NCBI GenBank assembly: GCA_963711465.1
Contig: CAVQEG010000001.1
Span: forward strand, 2,462,332 to 2,526,331
Length of the DNA stretch: 64,000 nt
Reading direction: 5' to 3'
Origin: Chlorobiota bacterium
Lineage (GTDB): Bacteria > Bacteroidota > Ignavibacteria > OLB7
Position numbers and translations under genes: made by a program. Below are positions 9,973-20,382 of the stretch, piece by piece. Numbering within the stretch: position 1 is the stretch's first letter; the number at the start of each line of letters is the position of its first letter. The notes below the pieces were generated by a model. It did no database searches. It was not told the DNA's origin and was given only the letters and a program-made list of their open reading frames with translations.

Positions 9973-10410
9973 ATGTCCCTGCCATTCCGACTCACCGAGC
10001 GCGTTCGCTGGATCGACTGCGACGCTGCCCGGATCATCTACTACGGCGCGTACATTCGATTCTTCGAGATTGCGGAGACGGAGATGTACCGGGCCGCCAA
10101 CCTGCCGTACGCGGTCGCGTTCGACGAACTCGGATGCTTTCCCATCCGCGGCACCTACCACTGCGAGTATCGTACGCCCGCGCTGCTGGACGACCTGATG
10201 GAGATCTCCATCTGGGTGAGTCGATGGGGTTCGAAATCATTCACCATTTCCTTCCGCTTCGAGCGGGCGAGCGATGGTAGCGGCGCGGGTGATCTGCTTG
10301 CCGAGGGGTACTGCGCGCTGGTGACGGTCGACCTGCAGACGAAGCGACCGATCCCGGTGCCGGATCTGCTGCGTGAGCGCCTTGCGCCGTTCACGATCAC
10401 CGAACCGTAG
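9973..10410 (+). CDS. Acyl-CoA thioesterase, 4HBT/YbgC hot-dog fold family
   Basis: 145 aa. RVRWIDCDAARIIYYGAYIRFFEIAETEMYRA is typical of YbgC-like thioesterases. Confidence 0.75.
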   Translation: MSLPFRLTERVRWIDCDAARIIYYGAYIRFFEIAETEMYRAANLPYAVAFDELGCFPIRGTYHCEYRTPALLDDLMEISIWVSRWGSKSFTISFRFERASDGSGAGDLLAEGYCALVTVDLQTKRPIPVPDLLRERLAPFTITEP

Positions 10411-10546
10411 ACCCGTGGCGAATTCACACTTCGTCATCGCCGATGGCCGACGCAACCGGTAGCTTGAATTCTCCCGACGCTCGGGTTCCGCGCACGAATC
10501 CGACACCAACCCACGAATCGACCTCGAGTCAGACCCGGAGTCCGCA

Positions 10547-11596
10547 ATGAGTCGCTCCCCGCTCGCCATCGCCTATCGCAACGGCCGCATCGACAGTGCC
10601 CACTACGGATCGGTCGCCGTTGCCGATCCGGACGGCACGGTGCTCTTCGCCTACGACGAGCCGCACTACCCGGCCTACCTGCGTTCGTCGGTCAAGATGA
10701 TTCAGACGCTTCCGGTAGTGCTCACCGGCGCTGCGGAGCGGTTCGGTCTGACCGATACGGAGCTTGCGATCTGCTGCGCGAGTCACACCGGAGCCGAGTA
10801 CCACCTGCGGGCGGTCGAGGGAATTCTCGAGAAGCTCGGCGTCGACTCGGAGTCGTTGCGGTGCGGTCCGCACGAACCGGATGACCGGCGCGAGCGCAAT
10901 CGGTTGATTCGGGCCGGCGATGAGCCGTCGCAGCTGCACAACAACTGTTCGGGGAAGCACGCGGGAATGCTGGCGGCCTGCATGGCGATGAACTGGCCTC
11001 TGGAGAACTACCTCGAGGAGCGCCATCCGCTGCAGCAGATGATTCTCGAGCTGCTTGCGGAGTATTCCGACACGCCGCGCCACATGATCGTCACCGGAAC
11101 CGATGGCTGTTCGCTGCCGACGTGTTACCTGCCGCTTTCGTCAACTGCGACCGTCCTGGCGCGATTCGTCGCCAAGGCGATTTCGAACGAAGCGGCACCG
11201 GCGCGGATCATGAGTGCCGTCGGCAGTCATCCGGAAATGATCCATGCGCATGGCGGATTCGACTCCGAGCTCTCGCGGGTGCTGGCGGGCCGCGGAATCG
11301 CCAAACGCGGCGCGATGGCGATTCACGTGGTCGGCATGAACACCGAACGATTCGGTCCCATCGGGATCGCGATCAAGTTGGAGGATGGAAATTCAGATGT
11401 CGTGCCGTTGGCGATGATGCGGACGCTGCGGCAGCTCGACGTACTCGGCGAGGAGGAGCTGGATCATCTCGCCGCCTTCGACTCGATGACACTTCGCAAC
11501 TGGAGGGGAATTCAGATCGGACACGCGACGTCTGAATTCAACATTCCCGGTGCCCCCGTACGGCTGGACGAACCGGAAGCGGGACCGCTTGCGTGA
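10547..11596 (+). CDS. L-asparaginase II family protein (Rhizobium-type asparaginase)
   Basis: Motifs AIAYRNGRIDSAHYGSVAV, CCASHTGAEYHLRAV and NNCSGKHAGMLAAC match the asparaginase_II family. Confidence 0.75.
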   Translation: MSRSPLAIAYRNGRIDSAHYGSVAVADPDGTVLFAYDEPHYPAYLRSSVKMIQTLPVVLTGAAERFGLTDTELAICCASHTGAEYHLRAVEGILEKLGVDSESLRCGPHEPDDRRERNRLIRAGDEPSQLHNNCSGKHAGMLAACMAMNWPLENYLEERHPLQQMILELLAEYSDTPRHMIVTGTDGCSLPTCYLPLSSTATVLARFVAKAISNEAAPARIMSAVGSHPEMIHAHGGFDSELSRVLAGRGIAKRGAMAIHVVGMNTERFGPIGIAIKLEDGNSDVVPLAMMRTLRQLDVLGEEELDHLAAFDSMTLRNWRGIQIGHATSEFNIPGAPVRLDEPEAGPLA

Positions 11597-11614
11597 GGGC
11601 CGAACGACGATGGA

Positions 11615-11998
11615 TCAGTTGTCGTGCGCTCCCTCCTCGATCCACACAGCCACACCGCGACGCTGGTTGTCGGTGACCTCGGTGAAGTAGGGCGTATTGA
11701 CGTGTGGCAGTCGACCGAAGAGCACCTGCACGAGAACGCTCGATGAAGAGTCCTTCGGCAGCACCAGCCCGGGCTGCTGGAAGAGGTCGGTATAGGTCTC
11801 CAGCGCAAACCCACCAGCCATCGTTCCATGATCGTGACAGCCGCTGAATGCGCAGCTTTGCAGGAAGAATGGCTTCACGTGGGCATTGAAGCTGACGTCG
11901 GACTCCGGGAAGGTAAACGACTGGCGTTGGTCGACGCCCGTGCTGTCACAGGCAGCAAGCAGCGTGGCGAACAGGACGATGGGCAGGATTGGCTTCAT
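11615..11998 (-). CDS. Small lipoprotein of unknown function
   Basis: Trimmed from ORF 11615..12289 to ATG at 11998. MKPILPIVLFATLLAACDS is a signal peptide with lipobox Cys. About 127 aa, with no recognisable domain. Confidence 0.5.
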   Translation of the reverse strand: MKPILPIVLFATLLAACDSTGVDQRQSFTFPESDVSFNAHVKPFFLQSCAFSGCHDHGTMAGGFALETYTDLFQQPGLVLPKDSSSSVLVQVLFGRLPHVNTPYFTEVTDNQRRGVAVWIEEGAHDN

Positions 11999-12032
11999 GG
12001 CGGTCGCTCGGAGTCCGTTGTTCACTGGAAGT

Positions 12033-12842
12033 TCAGGGGTAACTCTCGGATTCGTCGGGGAAGGTACCCTTCCGGACGTCCTGACCGTACTGTGTTGCAG
12101 CTGACCGGGCCCGGTCGGCGAACTCCTCGTAGCGGCGTACGAAGCGCGGGTTGAAGTCGATCGTGAGGCCGAGCATGTCGGTAGAGACGAGGATCTGGCC
12201 ATCGCAGTGGGGACCGGCGCCGATACCGATGGTGGGCACCGAGATCGATTCGGTGACGCACTTTGCGAGCCCCATGGGAATTTTTTCAAGCACGATGGCG
12301 AACGCGCCGGCTTCTTCGAGCACGCGGGCGTCCTCGAGGATCTTCTGCGCTTCGTCCTCGGAGGTACCGCGGGGACGGTAGCCGCCGTATCGATGGATCG
12401 ACTGTGGCTGGAGTCCGAGATGTCCCATTACGGGAATTCCCGACGTGGTCATTCGTCGCACTGCTTCGGCCACCTCCTCGCCACCCTCGAGCTTCACCGC
12501 ACTGGCATCGGTTTCCTTCATGATGCGACCGGCGTTGCGAAACGCCTCGTCGACGCGGACCTGGTAGGTCATGAACGGCATGTCGCTGACCACCATGGCT
12601 CGTTCCACGCCACGGAGAACCGCTCGCGTGTGATAGATGATGTCCTCGAGCGTCACGGGCAGCGTCGTCTCGTGGCCCTGCACGACGTTACCGAGCGAGT
12701 CGCCCACCAGGAGAACATCGACACCGGCCTGGTCGAAGACGCGTGCCATGAGTGCGTCGTAGGCCGTCAACGAGACGATGCGCTCGTTCTTCCGCTTCAT
12801 TTCGGCGATCGTCCTGGTGGTTACTCGCTTTGGGTTACTCAT
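12033..12842 (-). CDS. panB: 3-methyl-2-oxobutanoate hydroxymethyltransferase
   Basis: [75 protein letters not shown] is canonical PanB. Trimmed to ATG at 12842 (270 aa). Confidence 0.9.
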   Translation of the reverse strand: MSNPKRVTTRTIAEMKRKNERIVSLTAYDALMARVFDQAGVDVLLVGDSLGNVVQGHETTLPVTLEDIIYHTRAVLRGVERAMVVSDMPFMTYQVRVDEAFRNAGRIMKETDASAVKLEGGEEVAEAVRRMTTSGIPVMGHLGLQPQSIHRYGGYRPRGTSEDEAQKILEDARVLEEAGAFAIVLEKIPMGLAKCVTESISVPTIGIGAGPHCDGQILVSTDMLGLTIDFNPRFVRRYEEFADRARSAATQYGQDVRKGTFPDESESYP

Positions 12843-12876
12843 CGCGCTCGGTGGTCGGATTGCTGGATGGAAATGC

Positions 12877-13686
12877 TCAGATCGCCTCGAGGGAGAAGCG
12901 GTCCGAGGCCGATTCGTCTTCGGCGTTGCCGTACATGTCGGCGAAGGAGGCGGGAATCGGATCGGCGGTGAATCTCTGGGCGAATCCATCCACGATCGCG
13001 TCGGCCAGCCGTTCGTCCTCCGGTGCTTCTCCCGCGAACACATCCGTCAGCGTGGCTGTACGTGCACGGAGGCGACCCCGCAACGCGTTCCGCGACGCCT
13101 CATCGGTCGGCCGCCGGAACAGATCGACGATCTGGAGGTGTGCTTCGCCGAGCAGCAGTGAGCCATGCTGCAGCAGCACGTGCTCGTAGCGGCGCTGTGC
13201 CGAACCGAGGAGCTTGCGTCCCTGCCAGGTCAGCTCGTTGAGCGCGGATACGCTGAAGCAGCTCGCCGAATCGAGTTGTCTGTAGTGACTACGGAAGTCG
13301 GGCTGTGTGCGGCTGAATTCGAGGTCGCGGGCACCGATGGATTCGAGTCCAATTCGAAGTGCATCGGAAATTCTGGCGTATGTGTCGTGAATGCCGCGAC
13401 CGTCGCATCGCATGGCGACGGCGTAGGTAAGCTCTTCTGCATGCAGCACGGCGCGACCGCCGGTCGGACGACGGACCAGATCGACACCTCGAAGCGCGAG
13501 CTCGTCCACATCGATGTCGTCGGTCAACTGACCGTGACCAAGCGATAGTGCCCACGGAGCCCACGAGTACATCCGCAGCCGGGGAATGCCGTCGCGAAGG
13601 CACGCCACAGCCATCGATTCGTCCCGCACCATGTTCTCCACGCCACGCACGCGTGGCTCGACGATGTAGAGCCACCGATCAGCCAT
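12877..13686 (-). CDS. Lipoate-protein ligase / octanoyltransferase family protein (BPL/LPL catalytic domain)
   Basis: [17 protein letters not shown]...[22 protein letters not shown] matches the LplA/LipB-type catalytic domain. Trimmed to ATG at 13686 (MADRWLYIV..., 270 aa). Confidence 0.7.
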   Translation of the reverse strand: MADRWLYIVEPRVRGVENMVRDESMAVACLRDGIPRLRMYSWAPWALSLGHGQLTDDIDVDELALRGVDLVRRPTGGRAVLHAEELTYAVAMRCDGRGIHDTYARISDALRIGLESIGARDLEFSRTQPDFRSHYRQLDSASCFSVSALNELTWQGRKLLGSAQRRYEHVLLQHGSLLLGEAHLQIVDLFRRPTDEASRNALRGRLRARTATLTDVFAGEAPEDERLADAIVDGFAQRFTADPIPASFADMYGNAEDESASDRFSLEAI

Positions 13687-13744
13687 AGTCGCGGAAGTTA
13701 GGGCCGTCGAAATGATTCGCCAACGGGATGGTGGGAGCGTTCGA

Positions 13745-15985
13745 CTACATCTGCAGGACGAGGATCTCGGTGCGCCGGTTGCGGCGACGTCCCTCCTCGG
13801 TGTCGTTCGAGGCGGCGGGTTCGGACTCACCGTATCCATGCACGGCAAGCCGTGCGCTGTCAATGCCACCGACCTGGGAGAGATACTGCGCCACCGACCG
13901 CGCGCGGCGCAGCGAGAGGTCGCGATTGTAGGAGGTCGAGCCGATGTTGTCAGTGTGTCCGCCGACTTCGATTCGAAGCGTCGGGTTGTCGTGCAGCAGA
14001 TCGATCAGCCGGTCGAGTTCGAGACGGGACCGGGGACTGAGCCGGGCGGCGTTGTACTCGAAGACGATGTTGTTGACCACGAATGCGTGGCCGGGAGTGA
14101 GGCGATCGAGCTTCACATCCCGCATGTGTTCATCGTATCCGGCGTCTTCGGGAACCTCAAAATGGTCGGAGTGAAATACGTAGCCGGGTGCCTCGACCGA
14201 CAGTCCATAGTCGCGACCCGGACGGAGCACGGCGGTGTACCGACCGCTGAGCGAATCGTTTCGCGCGCGATAAACAACCGACTGTTCGGCGAGGTCCTCG
14301 ATGGTGATCGATGCGTTGACCGGCTGCGACGTATTCCTGTCGCTGACCCGCAGGTCCACGAGTACGACGCGAGCCATGCGACGAACCTCGGGCATCGCCG
14401 ACTGAAGGCCCACGGTTCCGAAGTCCGGCGGTGCAAGCGTCGACGAGGCAGCGGCCAGGCGAAGCATGGCGACGTCGGAGACTTCCGGACGGGGCGGCAG
14501 GTGCAACAGCGACTCGACGGTCGGGACGCGATCGATGGGAATAGCAATGGCCCGTGGCGCGGCCATCGGTGTGTTCAGCGGAGCGACGTTCCGCAGATTC
14601 ACTGCCGAAATCACGCCTCCCAACGTCGACGCAGAAGATTCGATCGCGTTCGGAAGCCGCCGCGACAGCACACGGTCGATGTCAGCCGGTGGGCGAACGA
14701 CGAGCTCCGGCCGATCCTCCGGGATGGCGGCACCGACTGCCTCGTGCGCCGCCGGGCCACGGGGCTCGACGACGGGTTGATCCGACGGACGAATGCGCGG
14801 CGGCAGGTCGGCATGGGCGATGACGGTCGGCCCGGTCGCAGGGTCGGAATTCCCGAATCGAAGCGGCGTCTGTCGGCGCGGTCGCAGGTCGGGAACGGCC
14901 ATCGCCGCTCCGTCGGCAAATCCACCGAGCGAACGCGTACGAATCGTCGGTGCAAGCTCGAGCTTCGAGGAGAAGTCGAGCGGATCGGCAAGTACGGGAA
15001 CCGACGAGGCGATCGACTCGTCGTGCGCCCCGCCCGAGACGATTCCGAGAAGCACCGGCTCCTGCCAACCCGACTGTTGTTCGACCGTCACGAACACGGA
15101 CTCGACTCCGGTAGCCGTATCGTACGATGCAAAGAACAGCGTTCTGCCGTCGGGACCGAGATGCGGCGCGTAGCATCCGCCGGGACGGTTGACCGCACCG
15201 CTCAACAGCGTCGGGTATTCCCACGAACCGCTGGAGTCGCGCCGCGAAATCCAGATCTGATGATGATCCGTCGGCGAATGCACCGTCGTGGCAAAATAGA
15301 ATGTTCGCTCGTCGCGACTGATTGCAGCACCATAGACACGGAACTGACGACTGCGATTTCTCGTTCGGAAGAACTCGGCGATTCCGCCACCCATACCGTG
15401 CACCGACGTCCACTCCGCTCCGTGCAGCTCCGCGATGTAGTACGGACCGCCATCGAGCTCCCATCCTCGCTTGAGCGAGGTGAAGTAGACCGTACGGCCG
15501 TCGGGGCCGATAGCGGCGATGGCGTCGTCGCAGTTCGAATTGATCTCCGGCCCCATGTTGACCGGCCGACCCCATGGAGAACCATCACCATCAGAACGAA
15601 GCGCGAAGTAGATATCCTCGTCGAACCGACGGCTGGTCGAGTCGAACCTGGCCCAGGAGCGCGCGCCCTGGCGGGTCGAGTTGAAGAACAGAATGCTGCT
15701 GTCGGAAGTGACGAGAGGGGTGTTGTCGCGAGGAAGGTCGGGGGTGGTGCTGACGGCGCGTGCGGTGGCGACCTCGCCCGGCGGACCGCTCGGTAGCAGT
15801 CCTCGGTGGGTCGCCCCACCGGGAAGCAGCTCACGCTGTGCGTGTGCCGATGGCGCGGTCGCGAGCAGCGTGAGCAGTAGAAGCGCCGCCGCGACACTAT
15901 TATATATAGTGTAGTTCCAGGTCGTCTGAACTGCGCCCATGGCCGTATTGGTGTTTGATTGCCCTACGAGACGGCCGGTGTCCAT
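13745..15985 (-). CDS. OmpA-family outer-membrane protein with TolB-like (PD40) beta-propeller repeats
   Basis: Signal peptide AAALLLLTLLATAPSAHAQ. There are repeated WD40-like propeller blades (YFATT..., FFAS...). The C-terminal OmpA domain is LRIEVGGHTDNIGSTSYNRDLSLRRARSVAQYLSQVGGIDSARLAVHGYGESEP. Confidence 0.82.
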   Translation of the reverse strand: MDTGRLVGQSNTNTAMGAVQTTWNYTIYNSVAAALLLLTLLATAPSAHAQRELLPGGATHRGLLPSGPPGEVATARAVSTTPDLPRDNTPLVTSDSSILFFNSTRQGARSWARFDSTSRRFDEDIYFALRSDGDGSPWGRPVNMGPEINSNCDDAIAAIGPDGRTVYFTSLKRGWELDGGPYYIAELHGAEWTSVHGMGGGIAEFFRTRNRSRQFRVYGAAISRDERTFYFATTVHSPTDHHQIWISRRDSSGSWEYPTLLSGAVNRPGGCYAPHLGPDGRTLFFASYDTATGVESVFVTVEQQSGWQEPVLLGIVSGGAHDESIASSVPVLADPLDFSSKLELAPTIRTRSLGGFADGAAMAVPDLRPRRQTPLRFGNSDPATGPTVIAHADLPPRIRPSDQPVVEPRGPAAHEAVGAAIPEDRPELVVRPPADIDRVLSRRLPNAIESSASTLGGVISAVNLRNVAPLNTPMAAPRAIAIPIDRVPTVESLLHLPPRPEVSDVAMLRLAAASSTLAPPDFGTVGLQSAMPEVRRMARVVLVDLRVSDRNTSQPVNASITIEDLAEQSVVYRARNDSLSGRYTAVLRPGRDYGLSVEAPGYVFHSDHFEVPEDAGYDEHMRDVKLDRLTPGHAFVVNNIVFEYNAARLSPRSRLELDRLIDLLHDNPTLRIEVGGHTDNIGSTSYNRDLSLRRARSVAQYLSQVGGIDSARLAVHGYGESEPAASNDTEEGRRRNRRTEILVLQM

Positions 15986-16181
15986 ACTGTGCCGGGCGCA
16001 ACCTACGAAAGTTTTTCACTGACGCGCATGCGATCGAAGAAAATTGTGTGGGGTGGTTGAGGTTCGTGCCGCCGAGGCAAAAAAATGGGCCGAAGGACCC
16101 GACCAGAGTCCTCCGACCCGTGGAGTGTTGCCACTCCTGTCTACCCCATGCGCATTGTCTTGGCCGTCGGGGCTGGACGGC

Positions 16182-17885
16182 TCACAACTTCAGAACGGTG
16201 AACTCGGTGCGCCGGTTCATCTTCCGTCCATCTTCCGTGTCGTTCGAGGCCGCCGGCTTCTCGAATCCATAGCCGTGCGTCTCGATCCGTGTCGAGTCGA
16301 TTCCTCCGACGTCGACGAGGTACTCCTTGACGGCATCCGCCCGACGTTGCGACAGCCCCTTGTTGTACCAGGCCGACCCAACGTTGTCCGTATGTCCGCC
16401 GACCTCGATGTGCATCTTGTCCTGCTCCTTGAGCAGCTTGATCAACCGATCGAGTTCAGGACGGGATTCGTAGCTGACGGTGTCGACATCGTACCCGAAG
16501 AAGATGTTGTTCACCGTAAAGCTGCTCCCCTGCTGCAGGTGCTCGAGTTCGAAGTTCTGCGCGTACTCCTCGTAGGTCGCATCCTTCGGAATCGTGTAGC
16601 GCTTCGAGTAGAAGACGTAGCCATCGGCATTGACCGAGATTCCGTAGTCACGTCCCGGCTGTAGCACGACCGTATAGCGGCCCGAGGCAGAGTTGCTGTT
16701 GGCGTTGAAAATGGTCTTCCCTTCCTGCAGATCCTCGATCGTCACGTTCGCTTCGATCGGCTTGCCGGATGACTTGTCGAGCACCAGGCCGCTGAGCAGG
16801 ACCACCTGCGACGGACGGAGCACCGACGGAAGTGGAACCCGGTAGATATCGTCGTCGCTGCCATCACGCGAACTCGAGATGTAGGCCCGATCGCCCGAGG
16901 CAGGCACCGAAAGGAAGGAGTCGTCACCAGGGGTGTTCAGCGGCTCGCCGACGTTTGCAGGCTCACTCCACTTGCCGTCCTTGTAGACGGTCACGTAGAT
17001 GTCGTCGCCGCCCAAACCGCCGTCCCGACCGGATGCGAAGAAGAGGGTCTTGCCGTCAGCGGCGAGGAACGGAGCGTAGCTTCCCTTGGCCGAGTTGATC
17101 ATCGGTCCGAGGTTCTCCGGATACCCCCACTGACCGTCGTCCTGCAGGTGCGATACCCAGATCTGGTGCTGTCCGGTCTGCGAATTGACCGTGGTCGCGA
17201 AGTAGAACTGTTTTCCATCGGGGCTGATCGCCGCGCCGTACATGCGAAAGCGCGCGCTCAGATCGCGATTGCGGAAGAACTGCGTGATACCGCCGCCCAT
17301 CCCCTGGATCGACGCCCACTTGGTTCCGCTGAGCTTTGCCGAATAGAACGGACCGCCATCGTGATCCCACCCCGGCTTCAGCGATGAGAAATACGCACGT
17401 TGACCGTCCGGGGCGATCGCTACGATACCGTCGTCCTCGCTGGAATTGACCTCGGGCCCGAGGTTGATCGGATCGTTCCACACCTCGTCGTCGAGGCGCA
17501 CGACCGATCGCGTCGCGTAATAGATATCGTCGTCGTAGCGGTTCCACGCGGAGTTGAACCGCGCCCATTTCCGATCCCCGCGACGTGTCGAGTTGAAGAA
17601 AATGATGCTGCCGTCAGCCGAAATGATCGGGTTGTTGTCACGTGCATCCGAATTGACGCCACGTACCTTCACCGCCTTCAGCTTTGCGACGCCGGACATG
17701 GCGGTACCGGTCGGCATCGCACTGTGCTCATTGATGTGATCGGCGAAGATGCTCGCCAGTCGATCGGTGGAACGTCTGCCGAGCACTGTTGGAACCATTT
17801 GTGCCGGCAGCGACTGCGCTCCGAACGCAGCGAAGAGCGCGATCGGGATGAACCGTGTAGAGCGTATCAGGAAATTTCTGATCAT
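16182..17885 (-). CDS. OmpA-family outer-membrane protein with TolB-like beta-propeller repeats (paralog of 13745..15985)
   Basis: It has the same architecture as its neighbour. The C-terminal OmpA domain is MHIEVGGHTDNVGSAWYNKGLSQRRADAVKEYLVDVGGIDSTRIETHGYGFEKP. Trimmed to ATG at 17885 (MIRNFL...) with GGAGG 6 nt upstream. Confidence 0.82.
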   Translation of the reverse strand: MIRNFLIRSTRFIPIALFAAFGAQSLPAQMVPTVLGRRSTDRLASIFADHINEHSAMPTGTAMSGVAKLKAVKVRGVNSDARDNNPIISADGSIIFFNSTRRGDRKWARFNSAWNRYDDDIYYATRSVVRLDDEVWNDPINLGPEVNSSEDDGIVAIAPDGQRAYFSSLKPGWDHDGGPFYSAKLSGTKWASIQGMGGGITQFFRNRDLSARFRMYGAAISPDGKQFYFATTVNSQTGQHQIWVSHLQDDGQWGYPENLGPMINSAKGSYAPFLAADGKTLFFASGRDGGLGGDDIYVTVYKDGKWSEPANVGEPLNTPGDDSFLSVPASGDRAYISSSRDGSDDDIYRVPLPSVLRPSQVVLLSGLVLDKSSGKPIEANVTIEDLQEGKTIFNANSNSASGRYTVVLQPGRDYGISVNADGYVFYSKRYTIPKDATYEEYAQNFELEHLQQGSSFTVNNIFFGYDVDTVSYESRPELDRLIKLLKEQDKMHIEVGGHTDNVGSAWYNKGLSQRRADAVKEYLVDVGGIDSTRIETHGYGFEKPAASNDTEDGRKMNRRTEFTVLKL

Positions 17886-18067
17886 CTGGACCTCCGACGC
17901 ATCTGGACAATGCGCAAACGTGTAGTGCCCCGTGGGATTGGGCGACATACGCCATGGCCTGGAGGGACCCGTCGCGAGCGGTGTTGGACCTGAAGAACGT
18001 TACGGAGCTGTCGGAGAATCAATCACGGCGGCACTACCATCGGACGTCCGTTAGCGCATGTACTTTT

Positions 18068-18310
18068 CGCACGCCTGGACCGCGTGCGATACGCCGACGG
18101 ATCGGACCCGGATGGTTCGACCACGTGATTTCCGGAAGCTGCGGCTCGTCGTTACTGGACCGTCACCGTACGAACTGGACCGTTCCGTAGGTGTCAAACG
18201 ACACGTAGCGTACGCCGGAACTGAGTTTTTAATGAAAAATCGGGGAATCAGGGAACGATGGTTCTGGACCGTTGGACCTTGGACCGAATCATGACTGGAC
18301 CTGGATACCC
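18068..18310. repeat. Cluster of CTGGACC motifs, at least two in 7-nt hairpin loops
   Basis: 18068-18088 is cgcacgc-CTGGACC-gcgtgcg, a perfect 7-bp stem with the motif as loop. 18168-18189 is tacgaa-CTGGACC(g)-ttc(c)gta. Further CTGGACC/TGGACC copies lie at 18153-18164, 18262-18290 and 18297-18305. About 10 TGGACC copies fall in about 250 bp. Confidence 0.6.
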
Positions 18311-19060
18311 CCTCTGAATGAGGTAGACGGCTGCGAATCTACAACGGCGGGAGTGCAATTGTCAAGAGGTCCGCACGCAAAAAAACTTCGGAGCCCACCC
18401 TGCTCCCTACCCACTAAACGGACAAAACCGTGTAGGACAGGCAAAATTTCCACAAAAGTTGTATTGAGCGGGGCGGCGTCAGCCCGTAGTTTATTTCACC
18501 TTCTCACTGGAGACGGTCGCCATCCCCCCCCGCTGCCTTCATGCGACCCGCCACCAGACCAACACGAATACTTGAGAGGACACGTAGCCAACGACGGGCG
18601 CCGCAACGGCGTCCGGCGACCATTCAGTTTCACCACCACATCGAACCACCGAAGCCCCGACCTGTGCGGTACGGACATCCGGGCGCAGGTCGGGGCGGTC
18701 GGAGGACACGCCCCACCATGATGTCGGGCGGATCGACGGAATCGATCCGTCACCGTTTCTGCTCCGGAGTTCAATCTGCCGGGAGCTGAGGAGACGCCTT
18801 TGGATTACCGGACGTCGCAGGGTCGACGTCCGAAGCACGACGCGTGATTGCTGCGAGCGGACCCTTCCGATCGTTGTACTGCGCGCAACCACCCCCATCC
18901 CTGTTCGGCCGCCCGGCTCTTTCGGAGTGGCCGATAGTGGATGACGATACCGGTCACGGTCAATGATACAGTTGCATTTTCAGTGTCACGTATGGCCGGA
19001 GGCAACTGGTTGCCTCCCGAGCCACGCCCTGTTACACACAGGCTGGGGGAACAAGAAATC

Positions 19061-20287
19061 ATGCCACGCACACGAGCCCGCGTTGTCGAACCCATCGAGA
19101 TGTTGACCAGGCTGGTCAGCGAGTATCCGGAACCGCACAACCAGCGTCCGCTGCGAATGCTGTTGATGCTCAAGCGCGACGAAAAGATGACGCTTCGCAC
19201 CGCTGCGGACAAGCTTGGTGTCTCCGAGCGAACGATTCGCAGGTGGTGGGCGCAGTATCAAGCCGAGGGACCTCTCGTCTTCTGCCAGGCGAAAACGGAC
19301 CGCGAACGCCGGTTGAAGCCCTCGGAGATCGAGGCATTCCGCCAATATGCCCTGAAGCACGGATTCAGCGAACTCAGTGAAGCGCGTGAGTGGATCCTGA
19401 AGGAATTCGGAGCGGAGTACAGCGTCTCGGGAGTCGCCGCGCTGTTGCGCAAGATGGACATCCACTACGACAGCCAGTGGGGCCCCGGCGCAGAAGCACC
19501 CGACTCCACGATCTGCGACGGGATCGACTACGGCCCACTGCTACGATTCATGATGCAGGTGCCGGAGAAGGAGGATATCATTGAGACTTGTCACTCCCTC
19601 CGATCAGCGCTCATGGAGATGTTGCCAGACGTCGACTGGATGATGATCAATATCAACACTAGCCTTGCGCCCCTCAACTCAAGTGAGTACATGTTTGTTC
19701 AGTCAGAAAGTTGCGGCAAGATCGAGTCGTTTCTCTATCACCAACCGGGCAATCTGTCGCCTGACACTCGGCTGCTAGCAACGATCAAACGTCGGAACTT
19801 TCCGGTTGAGCAATACCACCCGATGACCTTTATCCATGTAACCGCCGGTGACTCATATTGCGGCAGCTTCATACTCTGGCGCGATCGTAGCAAGGCCCCG
19901 ATTTCTGAGTCAACACTGAGCACTGTCGATCAGTTGATGCCTCTTTTCCGGTTCATCTTCTCAGACATTGCCCATCGACACGACCGGCGCCAACCGGCGG
20001 GCGTACTCTTCCGATATGTGTTGGGCAGGCTGCACTGTTCCAAGACTCTTACCGAACAGGAGCTCCGAGTAGTCTCATATCGCCTCCTTGGAAACTCATA
20101 CAAGGAGATTGCCGAGCTCCTTCATATCTCAGTTGGCACCGTAAAGAAGCATCTGCACTCTGTTTACACGAAGACCGGCACCAAGAATCATGTCGACCTA
20201 TTTGCACGCCACCTCAGCGGATCCTTGAATGCAGACATAGCGAATCGGCGTCATAACGGGCCATCGTCCAACAATGACGTCGCCTGA
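19061..20287 (+). CDS. Transcriptional regulator with IS630-transposase-like N-terminal HTH module and C-terminal LuxR-type HTH
   Basis: The ORF runs 18941..20287. The likely start is ATG at 19061 (MPRTRARVV...). The N-terminus KMTLRTAADKLGVSERTIRRWWAQYQAEG...RRLKPSEIEAFRQYALKHGFSELSEAREWILKEFGAEYSVSGVAALLRKMDIHY follows the two-HTH pattern of IS630/Tc1 transposase DNA-binding domains. The C-terminus LTEQELRVVSYRLLGNSYKEIAELLHISVGTVKKHLHSVYTKTG is a LuxR/GerE HTH. There is no DDE catalytic domain. The local GC is about 50 % against about 65 % in the flanks. Confidence 0.7.
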   Translation: MPRTRARVVEPIEMLTRLVSEYPEPHNQRPLRMLLMLKRDEKMTLRTAADKLGVSERTIRRWWAQYQAEGPLVFCQAKTDRERRLKPSEIEAFRQYALKHGFSELSEAREWILKEFGAEYSVSGVAALLRKMDIHYDSQWGPGAEAPDSTICDGIDYGPLLRFMMQVPEKEDIIETCHSLRSALMEMLPDVDWMMININTSLAPLNSSEYMFVQSESCGKIESFLYHQPGNLSPDTRLLATIKRRNFPVEQYHPMTFIHVTAGDSYCGSFILWRDRSKAPISESTLSTVDQLMPLFRFIFSDIAHRHDRRQPAGVLFRYVLGRLHCSKTLTEQELRVVSYRLLGNSYKEIAELLHISVGTVKKHLHSVYTKTGTKNHVDLFARHLSGSLNADIANRRHNGPSSNNDVA

Positions 20288-20382
20288 ACGCGTACTCTAG
20301 AGACATGACGCGATCCGATTCGCCAACAATGCATGACATTGTACTATATTAATGGCGTTCTACTTCGGAACGAACCAACGCC

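Noticed and set aside
11615-12289. Possible cytochrome c in the small lipoprotein (CAFSGCH) and the 224-aa extended ORF
   Set aside because: The motif is CxxxxCH, not CxxCH. The upstream 97 codons are Ser/Pro/Arg-rich and overlap panB's 3' region, so the ATG at 11998 followed by a lipoprotein signal is the credible start.
13712-15796. 694-aa + strand ORF antisense to the OmpA/TolB-like gene
   Set aside because: It is a shadow ORF with a low-complexity Arg/Gly-rich translation. The minus-strand gene has signal peptide, propeller repeats and an OmpA domain.
17949-18940. tRNA, tmRNA or other known structured RNA in the 1-kb intergenic region
   Set aside because: No cloverleaf-compatible segment with a GTTC T-loop and CCA context could be found by eye. 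None is asserted; a covariance-model scan is needed.
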